A DNA stretch of 64,000 bases from a virus. A program made the translations under genes and the position numbers. The notes beneath the pieces were generated by a model. The model was not told the origin of the DNA and did no database searches. It saw only the letters and a list, made by a program, of their open reading frames with translations. The stretch's first letter is position 1; each line of letters starts with the position of its first letter. The stretch lies in IMG/VR virus record IMGVR_UViG_3300035701_000001; one strand, given 5' to 3'. Shown piece after piece: positions 19,836-29,407 of the stretch.

Positions 19836-20920
19836 ATACCCTCCGTAATGCCGGAACGTTCACGCTGCTCACGGAGCCCGAGGATCTGATCCGCCAGCTT
19901 CCCGTCATCGAATTGGCTGGGCGTACCTGTTACCAGAGCTACGAGGGGAAGGAAATCACCCTGGAGAGCGCTGCAGCCTTCTGTCGGATGTTGATCGACC
20001 GGCCGCATGACAGTGTGCTCGAACATTCGCACATGACGGTTCGGTTCGAGAAGTTGAGCCGAGGTTTTACCCATGAGATGGTTCGGATGCGCCTGTGTGC
20101 GTTCTCCCAGGAGTCGACTCGGTACGTTGACTACAAGCTCGAAAAGCACGAAGCCTCTGCCGTAGCTCCGCCGGATTCGTCCGATGCCTTCGACAAGGCC
20201 TTCGATGCGGCGTTCGCTGCCTATGTGGACCTTCGCAACCAGAAGGTTCCCTCCGAGGATGCCCGCCAGGTGCTGCCGACCGGACTCGTGTCCGAGATCG
20301 TGGTGACGGCCAATTTCCGGGAATGGCGTCACATTTTCGAGCTTCGCTGCGACAAACCGGCTCACTGGGAAATCCGGGGGGTCATGGTGGCGCTGCTCCA
20401 GCACCTCCAGGGGTTCCTCCCTGGCCTCTTCGAGGATTTCCTTCGGGCAGGAACCTGCAAGAAGGGGATTTCATACTACAAGAAGCTCCTTCCATTGCAC
20501 GTTCTGGACGAGCAGATTGCACTGCGGGTCCAGCACGGGTTGTCCTTGCCTGCGAGTGTGGAAACGGGTCTTTCGAATATCAGCGGAAACGACAGGCGTA
20601 TCCTCGTTCACAATCCGAGTTCGAAAGCCATTCAAGAGGCTCGTATGCAACTGATCGATGCAGGATACCGTCCTGTAGTGTTGCTGTGCGTGGATACTCC
20701 GGATTCAACGGCGTTTGATCGGATGTTGCAGACCGATCCGACAGCATGGACGTGGTATGACCGTGGTATCACGGGGTTTCAAGGTACGAAGGAACAGTTC
20801 ATGGGGCTACAGGTCTACCGGGCAAAGGTGGGGCCGGACCCTGGAATTTTTGTTGCTCCCGATCCAGAAGTTCTCGTGATTATCGGGGTCACTTCTGGAG
20901 ATGAGAGAAAGAAGGCATGA
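19832..20920 (+). CDS. thyX: flavin-dependent thymidylate synthase ThyX with C-terminal extension
   Basis: HDSVLEH, THEMVRMRLCAFSQESTRYV (RHRx7S variant), EDARQVLP, NFREWRHIFELR, AHWEIR. Confidence 0.88.
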   Translation: MNTLRNAGTFTLLTEPEDLIRQLPVIELAGRTCYQSYEGKEITLESAAAFCRMLIDRPHDSVLEHSHMTVRFEKLSRGFTHEMVRMRLCAFSQESTRYVDYKLEKHEASAVAPPDSSDAFDKAFDAAFAAYVDLRNQKVPSEDARQVLPTGLVSEIVVTANFREWRHIFELRCDKPAHWEIRGVMVALLQHLQGFLPGLFEDFLRAGTCKKGISYYKKLLPLHVLDEQIALRVQHGLSLPASVETGLSNISGNDRRILVHNPSSKAIQEARMQLIDAGYRPVVLLCVDTPDSTAFDRMLQTDPTAWTWYDRGITGFQGTKEQFMGLQVYRAKVGPDPGIFVAPDPEVLVIIGVTSGDERKKA

Positions 20921-21555
20921 AAAAAATCTACATCTGCCATCCGCTGGTCGGGGACGGTTCTCTCGAATGGGGGGACATGGCTCGGAATGTGGATCGATAT
21001 CTCCGGTTCGTAGCCCTCGCGATGAACCAGGGGCATTGTGTCCTTTCCTGGGTCCATCATTACGAGGTGGATCGCCGGGGATGGACAAGGGGAAAGGCTC
21101 AGTTCTACCTGGAACGGGACATGCTGCTCTTACAGCATGCGGACGAGGTCTGGATTGCGGGTCCTCTCTCCGTCTCCAAGGGGATGCGGCAGGAGTATAA
21201 CTTTGCCTGTCGCTACGGGATTTTCGTTCGAAAAGATCCACAATGGGAGGATCCGAAGTTTCTGCCCGGTGTTTTTCCAGATCCGTCGACAGGAGAGATC
21301 GAATCCAGTTCCTCCATATTGGAGACAGTCGATCACCCAGTTCACTACGGAGGCGCGGACGATGTCTATGAGGCGATCAAGGTGATCGATGCCTGGGGTC
21401 TTGGGTTCAGCCTCGGAAACGCGGTGAAATACCTCTGCCGGGCCGGAAACAAAGATCCTGGGAAGACCCTTGAGGATCTGAAGAAAGCTCGATGGTATCT
21501 CGACCATGAGATCGGACTGAGAGAACTTGGATTGTCTGAGAGATTCCATGCCTGA
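20917..21555 (+). CDS. fusion of a YIC.P (DUF4406-like) domain and a DUF3310/SaV-like domain
   Basis: N-terminal KIYICHP...ADEVWIAG..SKGM..E; C-terminal VDHPVHY...GNAVKYLCRAGNK...EDLKKARWYL. Confidence 0.8.
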   Translation: MKKIYICHPLVGDGSLEWGDMARNVDRYLRFVALAMNQGHCVLSWVHHYEVDRRGWTRGKAQFYLERDMLLLQHADEVWIAGPLSVSKGMRQEYNFACRYGIFVRKDPQWEDPKFLPGVFPDPSTGEIESSSSILETVDHPVHYGGADDVYEAIKVIDAWGLGFSLGNAVKYLCRAGNKDPGKTLEDLKKARWYLDHEIGLRELGLSERFHA

Positions 21556-21940
21556 CCAGGGGCTGTCCGAGAAGAATTACGAGTTTCCGGCCGCCGGTCG
21601 GACTTGGATTGTGCCAGAATATCCCTTGTCTTGTTTGCGGGATGGCACTCTGGGGGTCCGGTTCTCAGACCTGAGGCGTATCCATCGTTTTATCGCTTGG
21701 AAGCTCTGTCAGGAAGAAGGAACTCTTTCCTTGGAGGAATTCGAGTTTTTGGCTGATATTTCAGATCTAAACATACGTTCGGATGGTCTTTACAAAAAAA
21801 TGGAAGAAAAATGGAAGTCTGAGTTGGGAGACGTTGTTCGGAAGGAGTTTCAGTTTTTTTTATTCGGCATGGATTTTTCTCCCGTTCAGGATCTGGGTAT
21901 TTACGAAAAGGGGGCTCGGATACGGAATGAAGGCTCTTGA
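21548..21940 (+). CDS. hypothetical protein
   Basis: Operon continuity. Confidence 0.55.
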   Translation: MPDQGLSEKNYEFPAAGRTWIVPEYPLSCLRDGTLGVRFSDLRRIHRFIAWKLCQEEGTLSLEEFEFLADISDLNIRSDGLYKKMEEKWKSELGDVVRKEFQFFLFGMDFSPVQDLGIYEKGARIRNEGS

Positions 21941-22082
21941 AATTGAAGCGGGATACTATTGCAAAATACTGAGGTATCTTTTCGATTTTCCTACGTGTTC
22001 TGAATGGCTTGGACCTTCGGATAGTCCCTGGACGCAATAAGAGAGGACCCTGGGAGTCCTCTCTCATGCTTCTGGAACCGCC

Positions 22083-22460
22083 ATGCGCCGAGGGTCGCAC
22101 GGGATGACTCTGCTTCCCATCTGGGATTCTTCCCTGCAGGAGGCCCTGTGCATCCGGCAGTGCCTTCTACGGCTCGGATATAAGTCCGAGGAGATCTGCG
22201 TGGAGGAGATCTCCGGGAAGTTCCGCGTTCTGCTCGTCCATGTCGATCACGTGTTCTACTTCGACTTGCGGCCGATGCAAAAAGAAGAACCTGATCTACA
22301 GGACCGTTGGAAACAGGCAATTTCCGAGTGGGATGGAATTGAACCGTCTCTCTTGGTGACGAAGTATCAGACCTCCTGGGCTTCTCAGAATCAGGAGTAC
22401 ATGATCTCCGAATTGCAGCGCGTGGGGATGTATCCTCCACGCAAGATCGGACTCTGCTGA
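22083..22460 (+). CDS. hypothetical protein
   Basis: 125-aa ORF with protein-like composition. Confidence 0.6.
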   Translation: MRRGSHGMTLLPIWDSSLQEALCIRQCLLRLGYKSEEICVEEISGKFRVLLVHVDHVFYFDLRPMQKEEPDLQDRWKQAISEWDGIEPSLLVTKYQTSWASQNQEYMISELQRVGMYPPRKIGLC

Positions 22461-22561
22461 GGATAAGATCACCACGAAGAACACGAAGAACACGAAGGAT
22501 CGGACCGGCCGAACTCCGCGTCCTCTGCGGTGGAAAAGAACGAGGGAATCACTACGGAGGA

Positions 22562-23329
22562 TCAGTAGTTCTGCAGCAGGAAGTCCAGGTCCGTGTGGAA
22601 CGACATGCGGGGGGTCGTGTCCTCGATCCATTCCGAGTAGCTGTAGTAGGTGCTGGGGGAGTCCCGGAACAGGACGAGTCGGACGGCTCCCATCTGGTGC
22701 AGGGCCTCGACGATCAGGGTTGGGTTGAAGAAGGAGTTTTTGTCTACCTTGATTTCCTTTGGATTTTTTCGTTCTTCCCTACGGAATTCCGAGGTGTTCT
22801 CCCACTCGATCCGATGGATGATCTTGCCGAGTTTGTCCAGGAACTTCTTGGCGTTCACGATGGCATCGTAGGTGTCGATGTCTTCCAGATGGGGTTCGAG
22901 GTATCGAGTGGCGTCGTACCAGTAGGGGGATCCGGATTCCCTGCGTTCCGGGGTGTATTCCTGGAAGGACAACTGGAACCTTCCCAGGTGCTCCGAACCG
23001 TAGTGCGAGGTGCTGTAGTGGAAGTCGGTGCCGAGATCCAACATCTTTTGGTAGAACGCCCTCCACTTCAGGTTCGTCTCCTCGTTCGAGGAGATTTCTC
23101 CTGGTTTGAACGTTTTTTCCAGGTATTCCTGGTTGGAATGCTCCTGGACGGCAAACAATCGGATTCTAAGTGTGGTGTATCCACCCGAGGAGGTTTCCCG
23201 GTCGAGGACGTATCCCTGGAGCTTGTCTTTTCTTGCGGTTTTCCGCTTTCTCTTTGCATGGGTCTTGGCAGTCGTCTCCGAAGAGGCGGTCGCGAACCCG
23301 AGGGCAAGGATGGCCAGGGTCTCGATCAT
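22562..23329 (-). CDS. hypothetical protein with signal peptide
   Basis: MIETLAILALGFATAS leader. Confidence 0.75.
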   Translation of the reverse strand: MIETLAILALGFATASSETTAKTHAKRKRKTARKDKLQGYVLDRETSSGGYTTLRIRLFAVQEHSNQEYLEKTFKPGEISSNEETNLKWRAFYQKMLDLGTDFHYSTSHYGSEHLGRFQLSFQEYTPERRESGSPYWYDATRYLEPHLEDIDTYDAIVNAKKFLDKLGKIIHRIEWENTSEFRREERKNPKEIKVDKNSFFNPTLIVEALHQMGAVRLVLFRDSPSTYYSYSEWIEDTTPRMSFHTDLDFLLQNY

Positions 23330-23778
23330 GGGGTCTGCTCTCGAATGGCCTGGAATTCTTGTTCCAGATCCACACCGGGAAGCACGAAGAGGTACTCGAT
23401 GCCGCTGTGCACGAGAAACCAGGCTGTCGATCCGCTCGGCAGAACTGTCTCTCGGTATTGGATGGAGTCATAGCGGGGGAACTCCGAAATATCCTCCTGG
23501 GTGAATCCCGGAACGTAGGAGAAGTGCTTCTCCCAGTCCGTAACAGAGATGATCTGGATGTCATGGCCCCGTTTGGGCGGTGGAGGCAGGGTGGAGAGGT
23601 CAACGAGAGAAGCAAACGCATCGACGTCGAGCGTTCGATTCACGTGGTCGTAGAGCCACCGTACGACTTCGGCAGGACCGAGGGGGCATGCCCAGACGTA
23701 GTGGGCACGGGTAGGTTCCGAAGCGTCCGCCAGGGTCGCGAGGAGCAGGCTCATGGCAGGGACGATTCCGAGGACCAT
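23326..23778 (-). CDS. hypothetical protein with signal peptide
   Basis: MSLLLATLADAS leader; 4-nt overlap. Confidence 0.7.
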   Translation of the reverse strand: MVLGIVPAMSLLLATLADASEPTRAHYVWACPLGPAEVVRWLYDHVNRTLDVDAFASLVDLSTLPPPPKRGHDIQIISVTDWEKHFSYVPGFTQEDISEFPRYDSIQYRETVLPSGSTAWFLVHSGIEYLFVLPGVDLEQEFQAIREQTP

Positions 23779-23865
23779 GGGTCTCCTTTATCTTGTTTCT
23801 CTGTACCGCGCGTGGACTTGGCTTTGTCGATTCGGGTGATTATCCTGGGTGTCCAGGGAGGTCGC

Positions 23866-24645
23866 ATGTCAGAACCAGGTTCGGGCTCGGTGCGGGGGTT
23901 GTTTCGTCAGTGGGCTCGGAAGATGCTCGGTACGGTGGTGAACGAAACCATCGATCGATTGCTCGAAGTGAGCGTGGAACTCGGTGAATCCGATGGGTCT
24001 CTCGCAGAGGGAGACGAAGGAGATCTGGATCTCGACGGATCCATGGAACAGGACGAGGCATCGAACCGACTTGTGCCTCGGTCTCCTCCTTTCGCGTTGC
24101 GCCGTTTGCCCCCCAAGGGGGAACGTTGGACTCCTCCTGTCGAAGGGGAGAAGCGTGAGTTCCGGTTTCTTCCTTTCTGCATCGAAGGCGGAGAGGAGAA
24201 CGTCCCTCTCGCTGGATGTGGAACCGAAGAGGTCCAGATTCAGTCCATGACATTGCGCTGTGCAAACCTTCCGACGGGCTGGATCCAGATCGTTGGATTC
24301 CGTGCTCTTCTTTCCTCGGATCCGACCGTCAAGGCCTTCGTGAAGGCGCTGCGTGTCGGAACGGAGGGGGACTCCCTTTTCCTCGCAAAAGGGTGGACGG
24401 ATCTCTCGGAGTTCGTCCGCAACCCGAACGGGATCGAGGGCCTTCCTCGGCTGCGTCGGTTCCCGACTCTCTATGTGAAGGACGGAGTCGTATCGGGGGG
24501 AGGCAATTTCGATGCGGTCTATGTGGATGCCTTCGCGTGGGGAGAAGGCCAGGCGCTGTGTCGCATGGATCTCGTCGTGGAGATCTTGGATTCGTCCATC
24601 GAGTCGGAGCCGCCTTTGCCTTCTTGGGAAGGAGAGAACCTGTAG
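23866..24645 (+). CDS. hypothetical protein (beta-rich, possibly structural)
   Basis: GGAGG RBS before the ATG of MSEPGSG. Confidence 0.65.
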   Translation: MSEPGSGSVRGLFRQWARKMLGTVVNETIDRLLEVSVELGESDGSLAEGDEGDLDLDGSMEQDEASNRLVPRSPPFALRRLPPKGERWTPPVEGEKREFRFLPFCIEGGEENVPLAGCGTEEVQIQSMTLRCANLPTGWIQIVGFRALLSSDPTVKAFVKALRVGTEGDSLFLAKGWTDLSEFVRNPNGIEGLPRLRRFPTLYVKDGVVSGGGNFDAVYVDAFAWGEGQALCRMDLVVEILDSSIESEPPLPSWEGENL

Positions 24646-24652
24646 TTCTCGA

Positions 24653-25252
24653 TCATCTCCTCTGGAAGGTCTCGTGGACAGCCACCTGTGCGACCCGGTC
24701 CATCCAGCCGTAGGCCTCGGATACTTCGGATTCGAGAGAGGACAGCCCTGCTTCTTCTGAGGATTCCTCGGCAGTCGTCACCTCGGACTCCAGTCCTTCG
24801 AGGTCATCGGTCTCGGTTCCTTGTTCGGAGGCCGTCACCTCGGACTCCAGTCCTTCGAAATCCGAAAAGTCCAGGTCGGCTTCTTCGTCGGTCCCTGTAC
24901 TGGGAGAGGGAGTTCCCGTGGGCCTCGTGAGGGAGGTTCCCGGATGGGAGGGGCCAGGTGGTGTCGAACGACCTTTGCTCGGATCTTTTCCATGGAGGTC
25001 GTGCTTCTTCTTTTTCTTCTTTTTCTTGTCTTCCTTTTTCTTGATCCCGAGCAGGCTGCGCGCTCCTTCCTGGGCTTTTTCACGCCCTTCTTTCGTACTC
25101 AGGACGGCTGCTGCGATGGGAATCAGGAGAGGGAGGAATCCGTAGCCCTCGTCGGTCATCTGCTGAGTCACTTGTTCCGCGATGGCTCTGGAATCTGGCC
25201 GTTCGGGCAGGTTGTAGAGCGTCGAATAGCCGTATTTCCAGAGTCTGGGCAT
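24653..25252 (-). CDS. hypothetical protein with TM helix, poly-Lys tract and acidic LESEV repeats
   Basis: FLPLLIPIAAAVLS; KKKEDKKKKKKKK; (G/S)LESEV three times; 26-nt DNA direct repeats at 24776-24801 and 24833-24858. Confidence 0.65.
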   Translation of the reverse strand: MPRLWKYGYSTLYNLPERPDSRAIAEQVTQQMTDEGYGFLPLLIPIAAAVLSTKEGREKAQEGARSLLGIKKKEDKKKKKKKKHDLHGKDPSKGRSTPPGPSHPGTSLTRPTGTPSPSTGTDEEADLDFSDFEGLESEVTASEQGTETDDLEGLESEVTTAEESSEEAGLSSLESEVSEAYGWMDRVAQVAVHETFQRR

Positions 25253-25274
25253 GGTGTCCTCTCTTCTTGGGAAT

Positions 25275-26171
25275 CTATCGGCCAGACCCCCATGCGGCCA
25301 TGAGAGCGAGTACCGTGAGCCCGGTGGCAATGGCCGTGGATGTTCCACTGGAAGCTCCATCTCTTCCCGAGGGAAGCTGCCCCGAGTCTGTCGTATCGTC
25401 TTCAAGAATCCATCCTTCTTCTTGCTGGATCCAGGTCTGTGTGCTCGGCTGGTATTCCATGGCAATCCCGAGGGCACCGAACTGGGAGACGTAGAGTTCG
25501 GGATAGTGATCCCGTAGGGCTTCCCAGAGACCACTCTGGAACTCGTGCTTGGCGGTTTCGAGGAGGACGTAGGGAACCCCTTGCTCTTTGGCTGCTCTCT
25601 TGGCAATGGACTGTACGTCCCCGGAGGAGAACCGGGGAAGTCCGATCACGACTTCGACGCCCGCAGGGACTTTCCAGTTTGGAGCGATCGGAGTGCCGAC
25701 CGGGATGTGGAACTGGATGTCGACACCGATCTGGATTGCGAGTTCTTTCAGGGAAGAAAGGTGTCCTTTTTCCCTTCCTCCTCCTACGAGGCAAGCCACC
25801 AGGATTTTCGAAGAACCGATTTCGTAGTAAGGTACGAACTCGGTGAGGAAGGTCTCTTTGTCGACTTTCTGCATCTTGCCGACCCAGGGATCCAGGTAGG
25901 TGACGATGCCTGCATTCGTGTATTTCACGAGGATGGTGAAGGATTCCTCTTGGGTTGACCGGAATTCTTCGGGCTGGTAGACCCACTTCGAATCTGGGGC
26001 GGGAGGCCAGGCACTCACGTACTGGGAGGGCCACTTCTCTACGGGTACGCGAGGGGTGGTCCCTTCTCCGTGGACATCTTCGAGGTACACGTAGCGTTTG
26101 TCCACGGAGTTGACGCGGTAGACATGTCCACGAATCGACCAGTGGCTGCCTCGGATGGGAAGAGTCGACAT
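25275..26171 (-). CDS. hypothetical protein with DUF2325-like domain and C-terminal TM helix
   Basis: LVGG...VEVVIGL...AKRAAKEQGVPYVL; C-terminal AIATGLTVLALMAAW. Confidence 0.65.
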   Translation of the reverse strand: MSTLPIRGSHWSIRGHVYRVNSVDKRYVYLEDVHGEGTTPRVPVEKWPSQYVSAWPPAPDSKWVYQPEEFRSTQEESFTILVKYTNAGIVTYLDPWVGKMQKVDKETFLTEFVPYYEIGSSKILVACLVGGGREKGHLSSLKELAIQIGVDIQFHIPVGTPIAPNWKVPAGVEVVIGLPRFSSGDVQSIAKRAAKEQGVPYVLLETAKHEFQSGLWEALRDHYPELYVSQFGALGIAMEYQPSTQTWIQQEEGWILEDDTTDSGQLPSGRDGASSGTSTAIATGLTVLALMAAWGSGR

Positions 26172-26220
26172 GCGGAACGCTCCAGTGAGGTTAGAGTATC
26201 CCGTAGAGGAGGGTCTCTCC

Positions 26221-26835
26221 ATGTCGGGTCGCATCACGGGTTTCTTTCCATCTCCCCCATCGGATTCCTGTCCTTTCGCAGAGCCTGCTGCGGAGCAGGC
26301 CCTTGCAGAGGCCTACGGGCATTTCCAAGTTTCCGGTGTGGGAATCGACCGACTCGGTTCCGCACGTGGGGTCTTCGAATTCATGTCCTATGGGGCTCTC
26401 GAACAGGCTATCCGGGAAGGAGTCGACAGCTTTGGTTCGGAATATGAATACTGGAACCCGATGTCCGTTGGCGAGATGGAAGAGGATGAACAGAGTCCAC
26501 TGTTCGAAGACGAGGAGGATCCGAGGCTTCACATACCGGATTTGCTTCCAGGACCAGAGCCTCAGTTCGGGGGCCATCGCAGGAAAGATCAGGATGCAGT
26601 CTCGGTTGTCGAAGAAGACGAGAACGACGACGAGTTGTCTCAGATGGAAGAGGAAGAAGATTCGGACTTCGACCTGGAGGAGATCCTGCCAGGAACCCAG
26701 AATTGGCTGGATCGGGGTGTTCCCGAGGAATACCGTTCCACCGTGGAACGGCTGAGGAGTCTCCGGCAGGTTTCCCAGATCGAGGACCCGAGGCTTCGCC
26801 GCAAGGGCCTTCGCCAGATTCGCCGTACCTACTAG
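26221..26835 (+). CDS. acidic hypothetical protein
   Basis: GAGGAGG RBS; Glu/Asp-rich. Confidence 0.7.
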   Translation: MSGRITGFFPSPPSDSCPFAEPAAEQALAEAYGHFQVSGVGIDRLGSARGVFEFMSYGALEQAIREGVDSFGSEYEYWNPMSVGEMEEDEQSPLFEDEEDPRLHIPDLLPGPEPQFGGHRRKDQDAVSVVEEDENDDELSQMEEEEDSDFDLEEILPGTQNWLDRGVPEEYRSTVERLRSLRQVSQIEDPRLRRKGLRQIRRTY

Positions 26836-26850
26836 GGTGAGGAGCCTTTC

Positions 26851-27600
26851 ATGCGCGGAATTCCCGATTCTTTTCTCTCGGACTCCTTCCTGAACCAGGC
26901 AGCGGGGGAAGCCCTGCAGGAGGTCTATGGAGAAGCTCCGATGTGGGCCAAGAAATTGGCCAAGAAGGTGACAACGGGAATTGCGAAAGGAGTCGAGGAC
27001 ATCAGCAAGCTCCGCCTGTTGCCGAAGACCCGGTTCGACTGGTTGAAGAGCGAGGTCATCCGGCTTCGTAAACGGGGAGATCCCAAGGAGAAAAAGAAGC
27101 TCAACCGTCTGGAAAGGCGGATGGTCGAGTTGGCGTATCCGAAATTCACCTATCTGACAGACGAATCGGTCCATAAATACGCTGAACTTGTCTTGCAGGG
27201 GTACATCAGTGGAGATGCGGCCTGGTTCCAGGACCAGGTCTCTGGAGTCTACGGTGCTGGATCCGTAGACAAGGAAGAGGATCCGGACACTGCGTTTCTG
27301 CTCGGTGGATACGAGGGATTCGGGTCCTTGACGACCAAAGAGATCGATCCCGAGATGGCGTTCTGGCTCGATGGGTATGGCGGATTCGGAGCCGATCCAT
27401 CTCCGACCTCGGTTCAGATCGATCCCCAGTGGAAGAATGTCGGACGTGTCCGGGAACAGGAGGTACAGGTTCCGGAGGGGAGGCCTTTGACCGAAGAGGA
27501 TCTCTATCCGTTCTACGAGACGGAGAATCTCCTGGCCAAACGGTGGGGGCCCGGTTCGGTCCAATTCTCGATCCGAGAAGACATATTGCCGGAGCTTTGA
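26851..27600 (+). CDS. hypothetical protein
   Basis: GAGGAG RBS; 249 aa; repeated YG/YxGFG motifs. Confidence 0.75.
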   Translation: MRGIPDSFLSDSFLNQAAGEALQEVYGEAPMWAKKLAKKVTTGIAKGVEDISKLRLLPKTRFDWLKSEVIRLRKRGDPKEKKKLNRLERRMVELAYPKFTYLTDESVHKYAELVLQGYISGDAAWFQDQVSGVYGAGSVDKEEDPDTAFLLGGYEGFGSLTTKEIDPEMAFWLDGYGGFGADPSPTSVQIDPQWKNVGRVREQEVQVPEGRPLTEEDLYPFYETENLLAKRWGPGSVQFSIREDILPEL

Positions 27601-27932
27601 TGCCTTCTCTTGTTCCAGGAATTCGCGTGGTCTGGTTGGAGAGGGCTCCGCTTTCCCAGAAGAGATCGGGGGTCCTGGTCTATGATGGACCTCCCTGTGA
27701 TGGGATTCCTACCTACGATGTGAAGCACTGGTCGAGTCTGGAGGAGTACGAGGCCGTTCAACAGGGCAATGGCCGGATCCGGTTCACCTCGGTTTTCCAG
27801 GGGCTCATCGTCCGGGTGGATCGGTCGCATCCGGAGACGGGACAGTCCCTTGTACCGTGGTACTATGCTCCAGATCGCGCCAGGACCTGGCCCGAGACCA
27901 AAGAAAACCGAATCGAACCCGAAGGCAGATGA
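27600..27932 (+). CDS. hypothetical protein
   Basis: Coupled to both neighbours. Confidence 0.6.
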   Translation: MPSLVPGIRVVWLERAPLSQKRSGVLVYDGPPCDGIPTYDVKHWSSLEEYEAVQQGNGRIRFTSVFQGLIVRVDRSHPETGQSLVPWYYAPDRARTWPETKENRIEPEGR

Positions 27933-28531
27933 ACGCAGGCACGACCAACAGCCGACGATTGCTCCGCTTGTTTCGTCGGGATGGAGCCAAGTGTTTCTGG
28001 TGTGGTCACCCCATCCTGACCCATCGGCAACTTCGGATCCGTGCGGAACGAGGTGCTTCGACACGGGGCATTCGCATGGCGACGGTGGACCATGTCCTTC
28101 CTCGATCCCAGGGAGGGTCGAGTCACCTCTACAATCTGGTGGCTTCCTGTGCCGAGTGCAATGTTGAACGGTCGAGGCCAGGGAATGCCATCGACGAGAA
28201 GATCCAGAAGGGGGAGTATGTCCTTCCCCAGCGACCCCCTTCGCATTCCCCCCTCTTTCGTCCTTCTTCTGCCCGTTCTTCTCCCGTACTCCCCGTCCTC
28301 GATCAGGATCGGTATGTCCAGGCCATTCCCTGGCGAATGGACAAGGATCCGACCGAGGAGGGGCTCTACCTTGTGACGATGCCAGGTCGATGGCGAGTCC
28401 TGCTTGTTCCCGTCGTACGACAGGGTGGACATGCCTATGTACTGCAGGGGGAACAGAGCCGGGTCTGGGAATCTCAGTGGTGGTGGTGTCCACTGGATGA
28501 TTTGTTGGACGATTCTGACGAAGAACGATGA
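27929..28531 (+). CDS. HNH endonuclease
   Basis: CFWCG...ATVDHVLPRSQGGSSHLYNLVASCAECN. Confidence 0.9.
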   Translation: MNAGTTNSRRLLRLFRRDGAKCFWCGHPILTHRQLRIRAERGASTRGIRMATVDHVLPRSQGGSSHLYNLVASCAECNVERSRPGNAIDEKIQKGEYVLPQRPPSHSPLFRPSSARSSPVLPVLDQDRYVQAIPWRMDKDPTEEGLYLVTMPGRWRVLLVPVVRQGGHAYVLQGEQSRVWESQWWWCPLDDLLDDSDEER

Positions 28532-28558
28532 GCGAGAGGCAGGGTCACTGGGATTGCA

Positions 28559-29035
28559 TCATCCATTCCCTCTGTTTTTCCTCTTCTGTTTCCTACGAAA
28601 TTCCATCTCTGAAATCGTAGCTTCTTTGTGGGCTTCTTCGTATGGTTTTCCTTCTCGGATCATGACCTCTGTTTCCATGTGTTCGTGGTATGCAATGGCA
28701 GCCACATCCTTGGGATCTCCCTCTTCGACCCAGATTTCTCCCTTTGGAACGTAACGGTATCGGGCTGGGTTACCGCCCAGGCAGAAGTTCACGTCCACCT
28801 CGTCTCGAATCACCCCGCCGTTTACGGACCAAACGGTGTATTTACCTGTCATTCCCACTTTTCGACGGTGGATTCTCTGGAGGAGCTTCGAAGGAAGAGG
28901 AGAAGTTCGTTCTCCCGGACTGGGGGGTGTGATGGGGTATTTTTTGCCGTTTTTCTTCGGATGGATTCTGTTTGGGTTTCCAACCCACCAGGTGAATCCT
29001 CCAAGTGTCGCCAACAGTGCCAGTAGTTCGAACAT
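28559..29035 (-). CDS. membrane-anchored hypothetical protein with HExxE motif
   Basis: MFELLALLATLGGFTWW anchor; IAYHEHMETEVM...YEEAH. Confidence 0.65.
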   Translation of the reverse strand: MFELLALLATLGGFTWWVGNPNRIHPKKNGKKYPITPPSPGERTSPLPSKLLQRIHRRKVGMTGKYTVWSVNGGVIRDEVDVNFCLGGNPARYRYVPKGEIWVEEGDPKDVAAIAYHEHMETEVMIREGKPYEEAHKEATISEMEFRRKQKRKNRGNG

Positions 29036-29037
29036 TC

Positions 29038-29394
29038 CTAGTTTCCGCGCTTGTGCATTTTCTTTTCAGATTCTTCCAAAATCGAATAATAATCGTCGTA
29101 TTCTGCGAGGTGGTCCAGAGCGATTTCCTGTGCCAACCGCCGATTGGAGGCTTTGTCTCCGGTCCGGATGTGTTCACGCTCGTGGCGGATGCCTTTGCTG
29201 AGTTCCACCGGGTCCACGTCCTTCAGACGGAGGGTATCCCCTCGTCCCCCTTTCAGACGATTTTCCAGTCGATCCTGCCCGACAAGCCAGGCAAATCCAC
29301 CGAGGACTCCAACGAGGGCCAACAGTTCGAACATGGGGTCCCCCTGAGCTTCTGCGGAGAACCTAACCCGCTCCAAACGCGTTAGGTTGTCCAA
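29038..29394 (-). CDS. DUF5661-like protein with membrane anchor
   Basis: DPVELSKGIRHEREH...AQEIALDHLAE..DYY; anchor MFELLALVGVLGGFAW paralogous to the neighbour's. Confidence 0.6.
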   Translation of the reverse strand: MDNLTRLERVRFSAEAQGDPMFELLALVGVLGGFAWLVGQDRLENRLKGGRGDTLRLKDVDPVELSKGIRHEREHIRTGDKASNRRLAQEIALDHLAEYDDYYSILEESEKKMHKRGN

Positions 29395-29407
29395 GCTGGA
29401 GGATGCG

